From positions 375,238-439,237 of the forward strand of contig MU054129.1 of assembly GCA_013239625.1 (NCBI GenBank): 64,000 bases of DNA, written 5' to 3'. Within the stretch, counting starts at the first letter, position 1; each line of letters starts with the position of its first letter. This document shows, piece by piece, positions 25,255-37,510 of this stretch. The translations under genes were made by a program, and so were the position numbers. The notes under the pieces were generated by a model. The model was not told the origin of the DNA, ran no database searches, and saw only the letters and a program-made list of their open reading frames with translations. The stretch comes from Lama guanicoe. Taxonomy: Eukaryota.

Positions 25255-25480
25255 GCAAATAATACAAACTGCTGTAATTTACTGAGACACTACTATGTGC
25301 CAGGTCTTTTTGTTTTGTTTTGTTTTGTTTTCATCTAGTTCTTACAACAGTTCTATGAGGTAAATGCTACTTCGTTTTGTACATAGGAAATTGTGGCTTA
25401 AAGAAACTTAAAAACTTACACGAGATCACATAGCCGGGAAGGGGAGAGACAAGATGAAGTCTGATTCTTTAAGGCTCCGA
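25255..25480 (-). mobile_element. MIR
   Basis: atttactgagacactactatgtgccagg...ctatgaggtaaat...aggaaattgtggcttaaaga...agatcacatagc. Confidence 0.7.
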
Positions 25481-25586
25481 TTTCAGTCAACAGAGTTACA
25501 GTGTACAGGCTTCATACCTCTTTCTTAGCGGACAGGAGCCCTGACAGAGGGTCCTGGCTGGGCTCTAACTGGTGTGGCATCCGTGC

Positions 25587-26133
25587 TGTAAGGAGTGGGC
25601 CTGGCACCCACAGCAAGACCATTTTCTTCTCCTACTGAACATAACCCATCTCACAGAACACTAACAGTAGGCAGCATCACTCTGTGACAGTGACGGATGG
25701 AACAAAAAAATGAGACCGCTCCACAATCTTGTCTAAACACAGACAAAATCCTGGTCTCTGTGCAGACCACAGAAGGACCCCAAATCCCACTTCCTCGTTA
25801 ATGAGTGGCCGCTGCCTCCTTCCAAATGGTGGGTTTAGTCTCCCTGTCCCTTCCCTCCTTCTAGATAAGCTTCACTGGCATACTCAGTTATAGAAGTGTT
25901 CCCACTTCCTGACAGCACCCAGTCCAACACAAACCCCTGCTTCCCTGAAACTTCCCCCCAATTCCCCAGCATAAACCCAATACTGTACGTTATTCCTACT
26001 GTCTGTTACAGAGACACCCCCAGTACCCCAGGGTGTGCAGGGTCCCTTTTTATGACAAGTTCACAAACCCAACTTTGTTCTACCCCGTGTGTGCTCCTGC
26101 TGGTCACTGGCTGGAACCTGGGGGGCACTGACA
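25587..26133 (+). mobile_element. ERV1-like solo LTR
   Basis: TG...CA-bounded ~550 bp with gagaccgctccacaatcttgtctaaacacagacaaaa and aaacccaactttgtt motifs; family not assigned. Confidence 0.5.
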
Positions 26134-28445
26134 CAGTTGAAGAAACTGAACAAAGAGGGTGGATAACTTACTGAGGGATTTAGAGGATCAAAATGGGATC
26201 CCAAGTGTCCAGATAGTCAATGAGTTATGGAATAACACAAACACAGAATCAAGAAAGACTGAGATTTAAGGCAAGTCAAGGTCATTTGGGCCAACACCTA
26301 GCCATCAGGAAATAGGTGACTGAACCCCTTGGCCTGGCTTGTGTCCACAGATTGGAACTCCTTTCAGAGGGCCCTTCAGTACTTCATCCATAGCTGAAAG
26401 ATTTTTTAAAAAATTTTTACACCCTACTGAAGTATTTGCTCCTCTACATTAATTTTCTTTCCTTGTATTCCTTCCATGTAGAAGGAAAATAACTGGCCAG
26501 CATTGCCTTTATTAGAACTCTTCACAATCCTGAATGCTGGGCCTGCAAACTAAACTCAGATTCCCCTGCCTGGCTTTCAAGGTTGTCCTTCATGTCACCG
26601 AGCCCCACTCAAGTCTCCAGCCTTCTCTTCCACTAGCAGACCTGACTTCTAATGCCTGCTGGACGGGCCGTGCTCATCTGCACCTCCGCCTCTGCTCACA
26701 TGGCTCTCCCAGATTCAGTGGCCAGAGTATGAATGGACAGGCTGGGGGTCAAGGAGCCCTCGCCCTGGTGGCCTGGGTCCTTCCCTCTCTGAGCTGTGCA
26801 AAGGTAGTTTCACTCTCACAGGCCCTGAAGTTATGCTGCCTCCTTTCAAATCCCAGCTCTGCACCTAGTAACCACGTGATGCTGCGTCTCACAGGTAACT
26901 TCCCTATGCCTTAGTGTCCTTACCTGACTGCCTGAAGGAAATGCAGATAATACAGTACTCTTCTCCTGGTTCTCGGAGTCGCTGTAAAACATATGTGTAA
27001 TTCATGTAAGGCTTTACTCGACTGCCTAGCACAGAGGTGCTCGCCAATAAACGTTAGTGAGCCTTGCTGTCACTGAGACTGGTCTCCTCATCCAGTAAAT
27101 AGGGCTAACAGGCCTTACTTTAAAGGCCACGGTCTGGATTAAAGAATAAACTCCCTAGAACAGTGTCTGCCAGTGCCCAGTGAGTAACTCTTAGACTTCC
27201 TCCTCCAGTCCTCACCAACGATTCTCTAGTAAAATTGTTTCTATCCTTTTAAGTTCTAACACAAATTACACTTTGAATAATGATGCATTCTCTGGTTACT
27301 CTGAATCTTACCTGTTTCTCCAATTCTAGTATTCTATTATACAAAAAAATTTCATAAATTTTCATAAATCACATGATAATTATATATTTTTGCTAATTAT
27401 TTATTGTTTATTTTTTTAACCACATACGACTCTAAGCTATAGAGTTGTGCCTACATTTTAGGGGCCGCAAAACCCCCAGGGAACTGAGTGCACTCCTGAG
27501 ACATTCCAGAATCTCTCAATAAATATCTGATAATTGACCAATTGTGTATATGTAGTCACTGTTCATCTTTTTCTAAAAATCAGGGAAAACAACCCCAATT
27601 TCCTTGACATTTCCTCCTTATCCCACTAACACCTGAAAGCTTTCACAACGTCTTAGAATAGTGTTTCTCCAAGTGGTTCTTGTTGAAGTACATTCAAAAG
27701 GCTACCTATTCTGTACTATGAAACTTTAACCTTGTGTTTTCATCTTGACAGTAAATTTAAATGCTAATGTAGGCATTTCTGGAACTCAGGCTGGGCACCA
27801 GAGAGAGGAACACAGCCTGACCTCAGCACCTCCCCTCGCATGCCTGCTTGATCATAAGGCAGATGGAGCATGTGAGTCATGTGGGTTTGCCGAGCGATGC
27901 CAGATGCCCTCTGAGGACCCCTCACAAAGGGCTCTCTAGTTCCGATGGTGGGAAACTGGGAGAACTGACTTACCACGCGTCACATGCTGACAAAAGAACC
28001 GGGATGGAATTGCTCAGTATCATATTCTTGTTGCAAGTAGCAATCGGCTTTCAGCAAAAATCATCTGCTATTTTATATTAATGTTTTAATTTGAATTTTA
28101 TGTTTTTTGGGGGGGTTTCTGTAAGGATTACTTTGTTTTTATTTTACACAGCTATTAAGTATAAGGAGTTCATATCTGATTTTATGTTTGTATGTATTTA
28201 AGAAAGATAATAAAATTGATTTAGGCCAAATACTGGTGGAATATGAGCCTGTTCCCTTAATAGCAATCGGTAAATTATAGTTCTCAAATTTGAAAAACAC
28301 TGGCTCAGAAAGTCTCTGAATTTCCCTAGTGGCTGCTGGCCTTGACGTGGGACAATGGGAAGAGCATTTACCAGTTACAGCAACTACCCCTTGGGAAGAT
28401 CCTGTCATCTTTCCCCGGGCTCTTGTTGTTTCTGTTCCAACCTAC

Positions 28446-28588
28446 CTGGAGTTCCTGAGTCAGACTTTCAAGACCATATAGAATGTTATGCGGAGCAGGC
28501 AGCGGGCCAGTGAGGCTGACGTTCATGGCCGTCTGTTCCAGGCGAGCCAAGTCACTGAGAAGAAGGCCGGTGTGTTCATCTCCGCAAA
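28446..28588 (-). pseudogene. LAMA2: LAMA2-derived duplicated exon (approx. human exon 33)
   Basis: 143 bp, tttcccag| ... |gtaggt, phase 1-0, open: CGDEHTGLLLSDLARLEQTAMNVSLTGPLPAPHNILYGLESLTQELQ versus recalled CGDECTGLLLGDLARLEQMVMSINLTGPLPAPYKMLYGLENMTQELK. Splices in frame to 25070 across a 3375-bp intron. Confidence 0.92.
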
Positions 28589-29099
28589 CTGGGAAAGGGA
28601 AACAAGGCATGTTTACTTATGCCAAGCATCCCAGGCAGATGTCCGAGATTTCACCTATGAAATATTTTATGGCCCAAGTATAATTCCGTGAAAGGTGATG
28701 TTTCTCATCTCTGATAATTAACACTTTCAAATGGATGACAGTTGAAAAAAGATGAAAAGAACAACAAAAGAGCAGACATGCCTGTCGCCCAGAACATGAA
28801 ATATGGAGGATGATACAAACTGAAGAGCCACAGAGAAGGAGCAGATGCATTTTGAGGGGAACGAGTGTATTGCCTTAGTATGAAGGAGAGGTCAGATGTG
28901 GAATATAACATTATAAATGCCCCCAGAAATCCACACATGAACAATCTAGAGGAAATTTGTAACTGGGAATAAAATATGCTTCAGAATGTAAAAATGTATA
29001 TAAGGACACACTGTTCCATTAGGTTGCACTGTGGAGTGTCTATAACAATTGAGTCTCCACACACTTCATGAATTACATATTCAAAATGGTACAACCCTT

Positions 29100-30880
29100 T
29101 AGTCACTAACAATGAATCAACAAGAAAAGAAACTAAAGAAACACTCCCTTTTAAAATTGAATCTGAAACAATAAAATCCTTAGGAATAAATTTGACAAAG
29201 GAGGTGAAAGACTTATATGTGAAGAACTACAAAACTTTGATTAAGGAAATTGAAGGCTTAAAAAAAATGGAAAGATACCCCGTGCTCTTGGATTGGAAGA
29301 ATCAACATCATTAAAATGGCCATTATGCCCCAGGCAATATACAGATTTGATGCAACCCCAATCAAATTACCCAAGACATTTTTTTTTACAACGATCTTAA
29401 GGTTTATATGGAATCACAAAAGACTCAGAATTGCCAAAGCAATATTGAATAAAAAGAATGAAACTGGAGGAATAACCATCCCAGACCAGACATTACAGAG
29501 CTGCAGGCATCAAAACAGCATAGTATTGCCATAAAAAGAGACATGCGGATCAATGGAACAGAATAGTGAGCCCAGAAGTAAATCCACAGAACTATGGTCA
29601 ATTTATCTTCAACAAAGGAGACAAGAATATACAACAGAGAAAGGACAGTCTTTTTAGCAAATGGTGTTGGGTAAACTGGACAGCAGCATATAAATCAGTA
29701 AGTTAGAACACTCCCTCACTACATACCCAAAAACAAACTCAAAATGGCTTAAAGATTTAAATATAAGACAAGACGTGATAAATCTCCTAGAAGAAAATAC
29801 AGGCAAAATAGTCTGACATAAATCTTAGCAATGTTCTCCTAGGGCAGTCTACCCAGGAAATGGAAATAAAAGCAAAAATAAACAAATGGGACATAATTAA
29901 ACTCATAAACATTTGCACAGCAAAGGATACCATAAGCAAAATGAAACAACAAATTACAGAATGGGAGAAAACTTTTGTAAATGATAACTGACAAAGGCTT
30001 AATTTCCAGAATATATGAACAGCCCATACAACTTAAAAACAAAAGAAAAAAGAAACAAACAACCCAGTCCAAAAATGGAAAGAGCATCTAAACAAGCAAT
30101 TCTCCAATGAAGACATACAAATAGCCAACAGGCACATGAAAAAATGCTCAATATCGCTAATTGTCAGAGAAATGAAAATCAAACTACAGTGAGATATCAC
30201 CTCACACCAGTTTGAAACGCCATCATTCAAAAGGTCATGGATGAGAAGTGCTGGAGAGAGCATGGAGAAAACGGACCTTCTTACACTGTTGGTGGGAATG
30301 TAGTTTGGTGCAGCCATTATGGAAAACAGTATGGAAATTCCTCAAAAAATTAAAAATAGACTTACCCTATGATCCAGCAATTCCACTCCTGGGTATATAT
30401 CCAAAGGGAACTCTAATGAGAAAAGATATCTGCACCTCAATGTTCGCAGTATCGCTAAATACAATAGTCAAAACGTGGAAGCAACCTAAATGTAGCCAAC
30501 AGAAGACTGGATAAAGAAGATGTGGTATATTTATACAATGGAATACTACTCTGCCATAAAAAGGATAAATTAATGCCATTTGCAGCAACATGGATGGAAC
30601 TACAGATCATCATTCTAAGTTAAGTAAGCCAGAAAAAGAAAAAAAACATATGATATCACTCATATGTGCAACTCTTCTACAAAACAGAAACAGACTTGCA
30701 GACTTAGTAAACAATCTTATGGTTACCAGGGGAAGGGGGTGGGAAAAGATAAATCTGGGAGTTTGAGATTTACAAATATTATTCACTACATATAAAAATA
30801 GATTTTTTTAAAAAGTCTCTTCTGTATAGCACAGAGACCTACGCTCAATATAATAATCTATAATGGAAAAGCTGCTACAG
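29100..30880 (+). mobile_element. L1 (artiodactyl/camelid type) ORF2 3' part and 3' UTR, truncated at both ends
   Basis: ORF fragments [19 protein letters not shown] and [40 protein letters not shown]; multiple frameshifts; 3' UTR stops abruptly at the GC-rich array. Confidence 0.95.
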
Positions 30881-30881
30881 C

Positions 30882-32850
30882 CACTACCTAAAGAAATTAG
30901 AAGAGGAGTTAGTTATCCCGGGCTGGAGCCCAGTCCTGCTAAAGTCCTTGCCCACTGCTGACGCTGCCCCCTGACTGCACTGCGCCCTCCTCCCAGGAGC
31001 AGGCTGACATGAAGACATGTGACCAGTGAACATGGGGCAGCAGAGGCCGCCCCCAGGACAGGCCTCTGGGAGATGGGAACAAGTCCACCTGCTCCCCCGG
31101 GGCAGCCACCCTTCCACCACCACCACAGCCACACTCCCAGCTGCTGCTGCTGCTGCTGCCTCCTAACAGCACTGCGCCCACCTCCCAGGACCCAACTCAC
31201 CTGGAAATAAGTGTTCCATGAACCTAGGGCAGCAGTGGGGAGTTGCTCTATTTGCCCCTTCCTTCCCTGCATCATGGCCTGGGGAGCAGCTCCTGCTGCT
31301 CCAGCTTTGATGGAGGCACCTCCCCTGGTCAGCCTTCTCCTGGGAAGTGGCCACAGTGTGGTCAGGGAGGCAGTGGCAGTGGGTTAGGGGGGCTGCCATG
31401 AGAGCCTTTAGATTTGCTTCAATCTCCCCCACAGCCTGTCTCGGGGCAGCCTCTGCTACCCCAGATTTGTGGGATGCATATCTTGGGAACTGCTTGCTCC
31501 TGGGAGGCTGGTGCGGTGCAGTCAAATTGCAGAGGCTGCAGTAGGGACAACGACAGCTGCGGGGGAGGGGGAGATGCCCCCCCCCCCGAGAACCAGTGGA
31601 CTTGCTCCCATCTTCCCCGCAGCCTGGCCTGGGGAGTCCTCTATTGCCTCAGCTTCCTGGAAGGCAGATCTCCCTGTCAGCCTGCTGCCTGGAGCCAGGC
31701 GTGGTGTGGTCAGGCGGCAGCGGGTGCAGGAGATGCTTCTGTGACCTTGTCCATTTGCTCGCATCTCCCTGCAGCCTGGCTTGGGGGCGGCTTCTGCTGC
31801 CCCAGGTTCAGGGGACTCAAGTTACATGACAGTCAGCTCCTGGGAGGCTGGGGTGGTGAGGTCAGGGGGCAGCAGTTGTTGTAGCAGCGGCGGGGAGGGG
31901 GGCTGCCCTGGGAGAGCCAGTCCACTTGCTCCCATCTCCCCCGTCCCTAGCCTTGGGGCGGCCTCTGCTGTCTCAGCTTTGCAGAACGCACTTCTCCCTG
32001 TCAGCCTGCTCTTGGGAGGCGGGTGCAGAGTGGTCAGGGGGTGGCAGCGGTGGTGACGTGACTGGGGCTGCCCCGTGCAAGCCTGGGGATTTGCTCCTAT
32101 TTCCCACTGCAGCCGCCCCCGCACACTGCACCGCGCCCGCCTCCCAGGAGCAGGCTGACCTGTAACCTGCGTCCTGCGAACTTAAGGCAGCAGAGGCGAG
32201 CACCAGGCCAGGCCACAGGGGAGATGGAGGCAAGTAGATTGGAGCATCTTAGGCAGGCCCCCTACCCCCACCGTCAATGCTGCCACAGCCCCCAGACCCC
32301 TGACAGCACCGCACAGGTCTCCAGGGAGCAAGGTAACCCTAACACGTGCATCAGGTGAACCCTGGTAAGCAGCTGCTGCCCCCAGGCCAGACCTTGGGGG
32401 ATATGGGAACAAATCCAGGGGCTCACAATGGGCAGCGCCCCTCCCACCACGGCTGCCTCCGCTCCTGCCCCCTGACCACAGGGCGCAAAGCTCCTGGGAG
32501 CTGGCTGACCTGGGGCTGTGCCCCAGCGAACCTGGGGCAACAGAGGCCACCCCCAGGCCAGGCCACAAGGAATTGGGAGCAAACCTCCCAGCTCACAAAT
32601 GGCAGCATCCTGTTACTCCCGCCTCAAAAGCTGTCACAGATTTCATCCTCCCCGCTGCTCACTGACTGGACCACACAGTCCTCTATGGAGCAGTCTGATC
32701 TAAAGAGTATCTTGGGGCAGCAGAGGCCACCCCCAGGCCAGGCAGCAGGGGAGATGGGAGCAAGTGACTGGCTCTCAAGGGGCAGCCCCCCTTCCTTCAC
32801 AATCACTTCCAAGGCTACCGCCTCTGCCATCTTCCCAGCCCCTGGCCACA
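30882..32850. repeat. Degenerate GC-rich tandem array, ~150-190-bp unit, about 11-12 copies, central block inverted
   Basis: Unit landmark variants of ttgctcccatctcccc at ~31411, 31599, 31752, 31923, 32088; reverse-complement landmark gggagatgggagcaa at ~31068, 32218, 32397, 32569, 32748; ctcccaggagcaggctgac recurs. Confidence 0.85.
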
Positions 32851-32869
32851 CTGTGCTCATGGTCTTACT

Positions 32870-34030
32870 AAAGTGGGTATACAGGAAACATATCTCAGTA
32901 TTATAAAAGCTATTCATGACATACCTAAAGTCATTATAACACCCTACCAAGAGAGTTGAAAGCCTTTCCGCTAAAATCTGGAATCGGACAAGGGTGCCCA
33001 CTCTCATCATATCTATTCAATATACTTTTGGATGTCCTAGCCATAGCAATTAAATGAGAAAAAAATAAAAATACAAGGGATCCAAAATGGAAAAGAAGAA
33101 GTAAAATTGTCATTATATGCAGATGGCATACTATATATAGAAAACGTTAAAAGCTCCACACAAAAACTACTAGAGCTACTACTCATCATGGTAGCAGGAC
33201 ACAACATCCACACACAGAGGTCAGTGACATTTCTTTAAATGAAATAATCCCTTTTTAAATTGCATCCAAAAAATAAAGTACTTAGGAATAAATCTGACCA
33301 AGGACATGAAAAACTTACATGTGCAGACCTACAGAACACTGACTAAATTAAAGAGAACTTAAAGGAATGGAAAGATAGCCCATGTTCTTGCATTGGAAGA
33401 ATTAACATTGTTAAAATGGCCATACTGCCCAAAGCAATCTACAGATTAATGCAAACCCTATCAAATCACCCAGTACATTTTTCACAAAACTACAACAAAT
33501 AACCCTAAAATTTATATGAAATCACAAAAGACCCAGAATTACCAAAGCATTGCTGAAGAAAAAGACCACTGCTGGTGGAATAACCCTCCCAGACTTCAGA
33601 CAATACTACAAAGCTACAGTCATCCACGGTATTGGTACAAAAACAGAAATATGGATCAATGGAAAAGAGAGAGCCCAGAAATAAACCCACACACTTTTGG
33701 TCAATTCATCTTTGACAAAGGAGGCAAGAACACACAATGGAGTTCAAGACAGTCTCTTGAGCAAATGGAGTAGGGAAAATTGGACAGCTGCATGTAAATC
33801 AATGATGTTAGCATACTCCCTCACCCCATAAACAAAAATAAATTCAAAATGGCTTAAAGACTTAAACATAAGACAAGACACTATAAACCTCTTAGAAGAA
33901 AACATAGGCAAAACATTATCTGATATACATCTCAGCAATGTTCTCCTAGGGCAGTCTACCAAGGAATAGAAGTGAAAGCAAAAATAAAGAAATGGGTCCA
34001 AACTGAACTCATAAGCATTTGGAAAGCAAA
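32870..34030 (+). mobile_element. L1 ORF2 internal fragment (RT region onward)
   Basis: gacaagggtgcccactctcatc, ggaaaagaagaagtaaaattgtc, aacattgttaaaatggccatactgcccaaagcaatctacaga; decayed. Confidence 0.93.
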
Positions 34031-34863
34031 ATCACGCACCTGCTAAGTGGTGAACTACACATTCAGACCCAAACCAGTTTGATCTCAAAGGTTGAGCTTT
34101 TTATTCATTGACCCTCATATCTCTTTGAAAGCAGTTTTCATGTTTTAGCCTAAAGGTGGCCTCTGGACTGACCACCTTAGAGATGTGTTTTGTTGATTTG
34201 CAGTGTCTTTGAATTTCAACTAGTGATCAGCAGTGAAAAACTGGGAAATTTCTCGATGAGGCTTATGAATTTCTGGATTTTTAGGGATGACTTGAAAATC
34301 CAGTCACTCATAGGCTGTGTTCCCACCTTCTGGGGCAGAGTGGTGGGGCAGTAGCTGCCGTTTGTAGGTCGGGGTATGTGTGCAGTCAGTGTGGTCCCCT
34401 CACCCTGGCTGGTGACGTGCGTGGCCTGCAGCACTGATGTTCTGTTACCTGTCTCAGTCCTCATAGGTGTGTCATTCATGTCTCTGCCCCAGCTTCCCCT
34501 TGCATGGATGACTCCAACCTTTAAAAACAAAACGTTTTTTGGACTGTGACCACTTATCCAACTTCTAATATATTGCTTGTCATTCTTAATTTTTTCAGAA
34601 GTCCTAAAAATGTGTTAATAAAACCTGTGGTATACATAATAATTTTTATCCAGTGTTAGCTTATTAGGTATTTTCTAAATCTTTGTTTTTTTAATAGTAA
34701 CAATTTGAAAGTTCTAAAGAATGATGATTATAATTTTTCCACATCTCTTCATCTCAGTGAGCAAATAAAAAAGCCACTACTTTTTTTACTGGGATGAGGC
34801 TCACAAAAAAGAATTTGATTGAAGATCATATAAATAACTTTTTTCTTTTAAGAATGGGTTATA

Positions 34864-35711
34864 GAGATATCACCTCCCACTAGTCAGAATGAGCACCATT
34901 AAAAGTCCATGAATGATAAACACTAGGGAGGGTGTGGAGAACAGGAAGCCTCCTGCACTGCTGGTGGGAATGTAGTTTGGTGCAGCCACTATGGAAAANN
35001 NNNNNNNNNNNNNNNNNNNNNNNNNNNNNNNNNNNNNNNNNNNNNNNNNNNNNNNNNNNNNNNNNNNNNNNNNNNNNNNNNNNNNNNNNNNNNNNNNNNN
35101 NNNNNNNNNNNNNNNNNNNNNNNNNNNNNNNNNNNNNNNNNNNNNNNNNNNNNNNNNNNNNNNNNNNNNNNNNNNNNNNNNNNNNNNNNNNNNNNNNNNN
35201 NNNNNNNNNNNNNNGGAATACTAGTCAGCCATAAAAAAGAATAAAATAATACCATTTGCAGCACCATGAATGGACCTGGAGATTATCCATTCCAAGTGAA
35301 GTAAGCCAGAAAGAGAGAAAAACACCATATGATATCATTTATTTGTTGAATCTAAAAAAAAAAAGACAGAAGTGAAATTATTTACAAAACAGAGACAGAC
35401 ACACAGACATAGAAAACAAACTTATGGTTACCAGGTGGGAAGGGACAAACTGGAGTTTGAGATTTGCAGATACTAAGTCCTTTATATGCAACAGATAAAC
35501 AACAGTCCTCTACTGTATAGCACAGGGAACTAGATTCAATATCTTGTGTGGCCTATAATGGAAAAGAATATAAAAACGTATGTGTAATCAGGATTTATTT
35601 AAAATAAATAAATACTAAAAAAAAAGTATGTATATATATGTATGGCTGAGGTATAACATGGTACACTAGAAATTGACACAACATTGTAAACTGACTAAAT
35701 GTCAATTAAAA
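34864..35711 (+). mobile_element. 5'-truncated L1 with 14-bp target-site duplication, spanning the assembly gap
   Basis: TSD aagaatgggttata at 34850-34863 and 35712-35725; [14 protein letters not shown] before the gap and L1 3' UTR after it. Confidence 0.92.
34999..35214. other. Assembly gap (216 N)
   Basis: Run of N seen directly. Confidence 1.
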
Positions 35712-37199
35712 AAGAATGGGTTATAAATATAAACTCTGCTTTCAAAATGAAGACAATGAAATGGAATAAGAAATTGAACAATAAGCATTTTTCTAACATT
35801 GTTGGTAGATGACGGGTTTGGCAAAGAGAAGATTGCTGTGTAACAAGTCTCTGGGACCAGACTTAAAAATTTTGGCTGTTTTTGATGGAAGATTTTCTGA
35901 AATGTGTTACATATTTATTGTGTCCCTAAAGTGGACTGAGTTTAATCTTTTCTTAAATGTTTGAAGTTTAGTGTAAGAACAACTTATTGTTTTGGGCTCT
36001 CTTGTAGTTTCTGTTTTTTATTTTTCCAGAAACAACTGAATGGGCATTCTAAATTTACTCTAGATGATGGTGTTTCTTATTCTTGTATCTAGTTTTAATA
36101 ATATTTCCAACTTTTTATTTAAATTTCCTGGTTTTCTTGCAAACCTTGAGGATGTCACCTTCTGATTAACTGTTTCTAATATATTTTCTGTGGGGAAAGT
36201 AATCATACTTGTCATTTGCCTGTAAAGTGGAATAAATAAGTTCTGAATCTTCTGTGCAGTAAGATATATGAGCTTTAGACATTTTTTTATACACCTGTTT
36301 TGGCTGTGTAGAGTTTAGTGTGGAGATTGCCCTGTTACTTTGTAAACAACTGGGATGATGTATTAGTTTAAGTGAGGCAAAGTAGGATGGAGAGAAGAAA
36401 CTGATGAATAACCAGAAAGACACAGCAAATAAAATGCACATTCCTTAGGCTTCAGGTAGGTCATTTCTGAGATTTGAATCATGAGTACTCTGGCTCTAAA
36501 CTGGTACACTAGGTTACTGATATTAAACATAGCCTAAAATGTCTGATTGTAATATGCTCTCCAGAAATGTAAATTATCAGTGAAGAAAAAGTACCTTCTG
36601 TATTTAAAGGAAAGATTAAGCAGGAGGTAGATGACAGGGGCCCCAGATGCTCTGTTTTGCTGTTAGTTTGTAGTAAGTCGCTGCTGTGTTTTACATTACA
36701 GGTTTGGTGACTATGATTCACATGAAGTGAAGTTTCTTGTTCATCTTTGAATTTTACTACATTCTAATGGTCTGGAAAATTTTGCCAAAGTTAGAGATAT
36801 ATTTTTAGGGTGGCCTAGCTTCAGATGCAGTCTATATGGTGTATCAAAAAATGAAGTTTGTTTATGTGGAGAGATTTGGGGGCAGGGCAAGGGTGGTCAC
36901 TGGCTACAACTGCTAACACAAAGTTTAATGAGAGGCCCATGTGGCCACTAGTTGCAGGAAACAAATTGTAGGTGCGAAAGGCTGTGAACAGAGAAACACA
37001 TGGTGCCTTCAAGTCAAAGCCCCAAGTCGCAGGGCGCTCACTCCGGGCTGCAGGACTTGATTTGTGTTTTCACATGAGCAAGTCTGTGTGACATGCTTGG
37101 GCAAAGAGCCCCAGGGTTTTTTTTAAAGAAGGATTTGATTTATTGAATGATTGTCACTAATTCTTCTAGCAACTCTGAAGTCTGCTTGTTCTGAATGAA

Positions 37200-37510
37200 A
37201 CCCCAGCAGGGCTAGCCCTCAAGCAGCTGAGCTGCCTGGCTGCACAGCAGCGGGAGGAAGCCGTGCTCAGGGCGGATGGGAAGCGGGGGCGGCCCCCCTC
37301 CCTGTCAGACCCCCGGGAGGCAGTGACCCTGCCTCCCGGCAGCGCGCAGGCCTCGGCTCGGTGCTCGCGGGGCCAGTCCTGTCCCGGCCGGCCGGGCTGC
37401 GGCAACAGCAGCGCTGAGACCAGTTCTCAGGGAACGCGGGCGCCTTTGGCTGTCGGGTGAATTCATCCCGAAGCTACTACAATTCCAACTCAACAGCGAG
37501 TGAACGTGCG
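37200..37510. promoter_or_regulatory. Orphan CpG-rich patch with partial ZNF143/ACTACA-type motif
   Basis: CpG-dense island in AT-rich DNA; GC box ggggcgg near 37286; actacaattcc at 37476-37486. Confidence 0.4.

Noticed and set aside
24972..28588. Interpretation as the functional LAMA2 gene
   Set aside because: Neighbouring LAMA2 exons were not found on either side, and EPHB1 and CYFIP1 pseudo-exons occupy the flanks.
30882..32850. CRISPR-like or coding-repeat interpretation of the array
   Set aside because: Mammalian context; units are diverged along their whole length, with no constant repeat plus unique spacer and no maintained frame.
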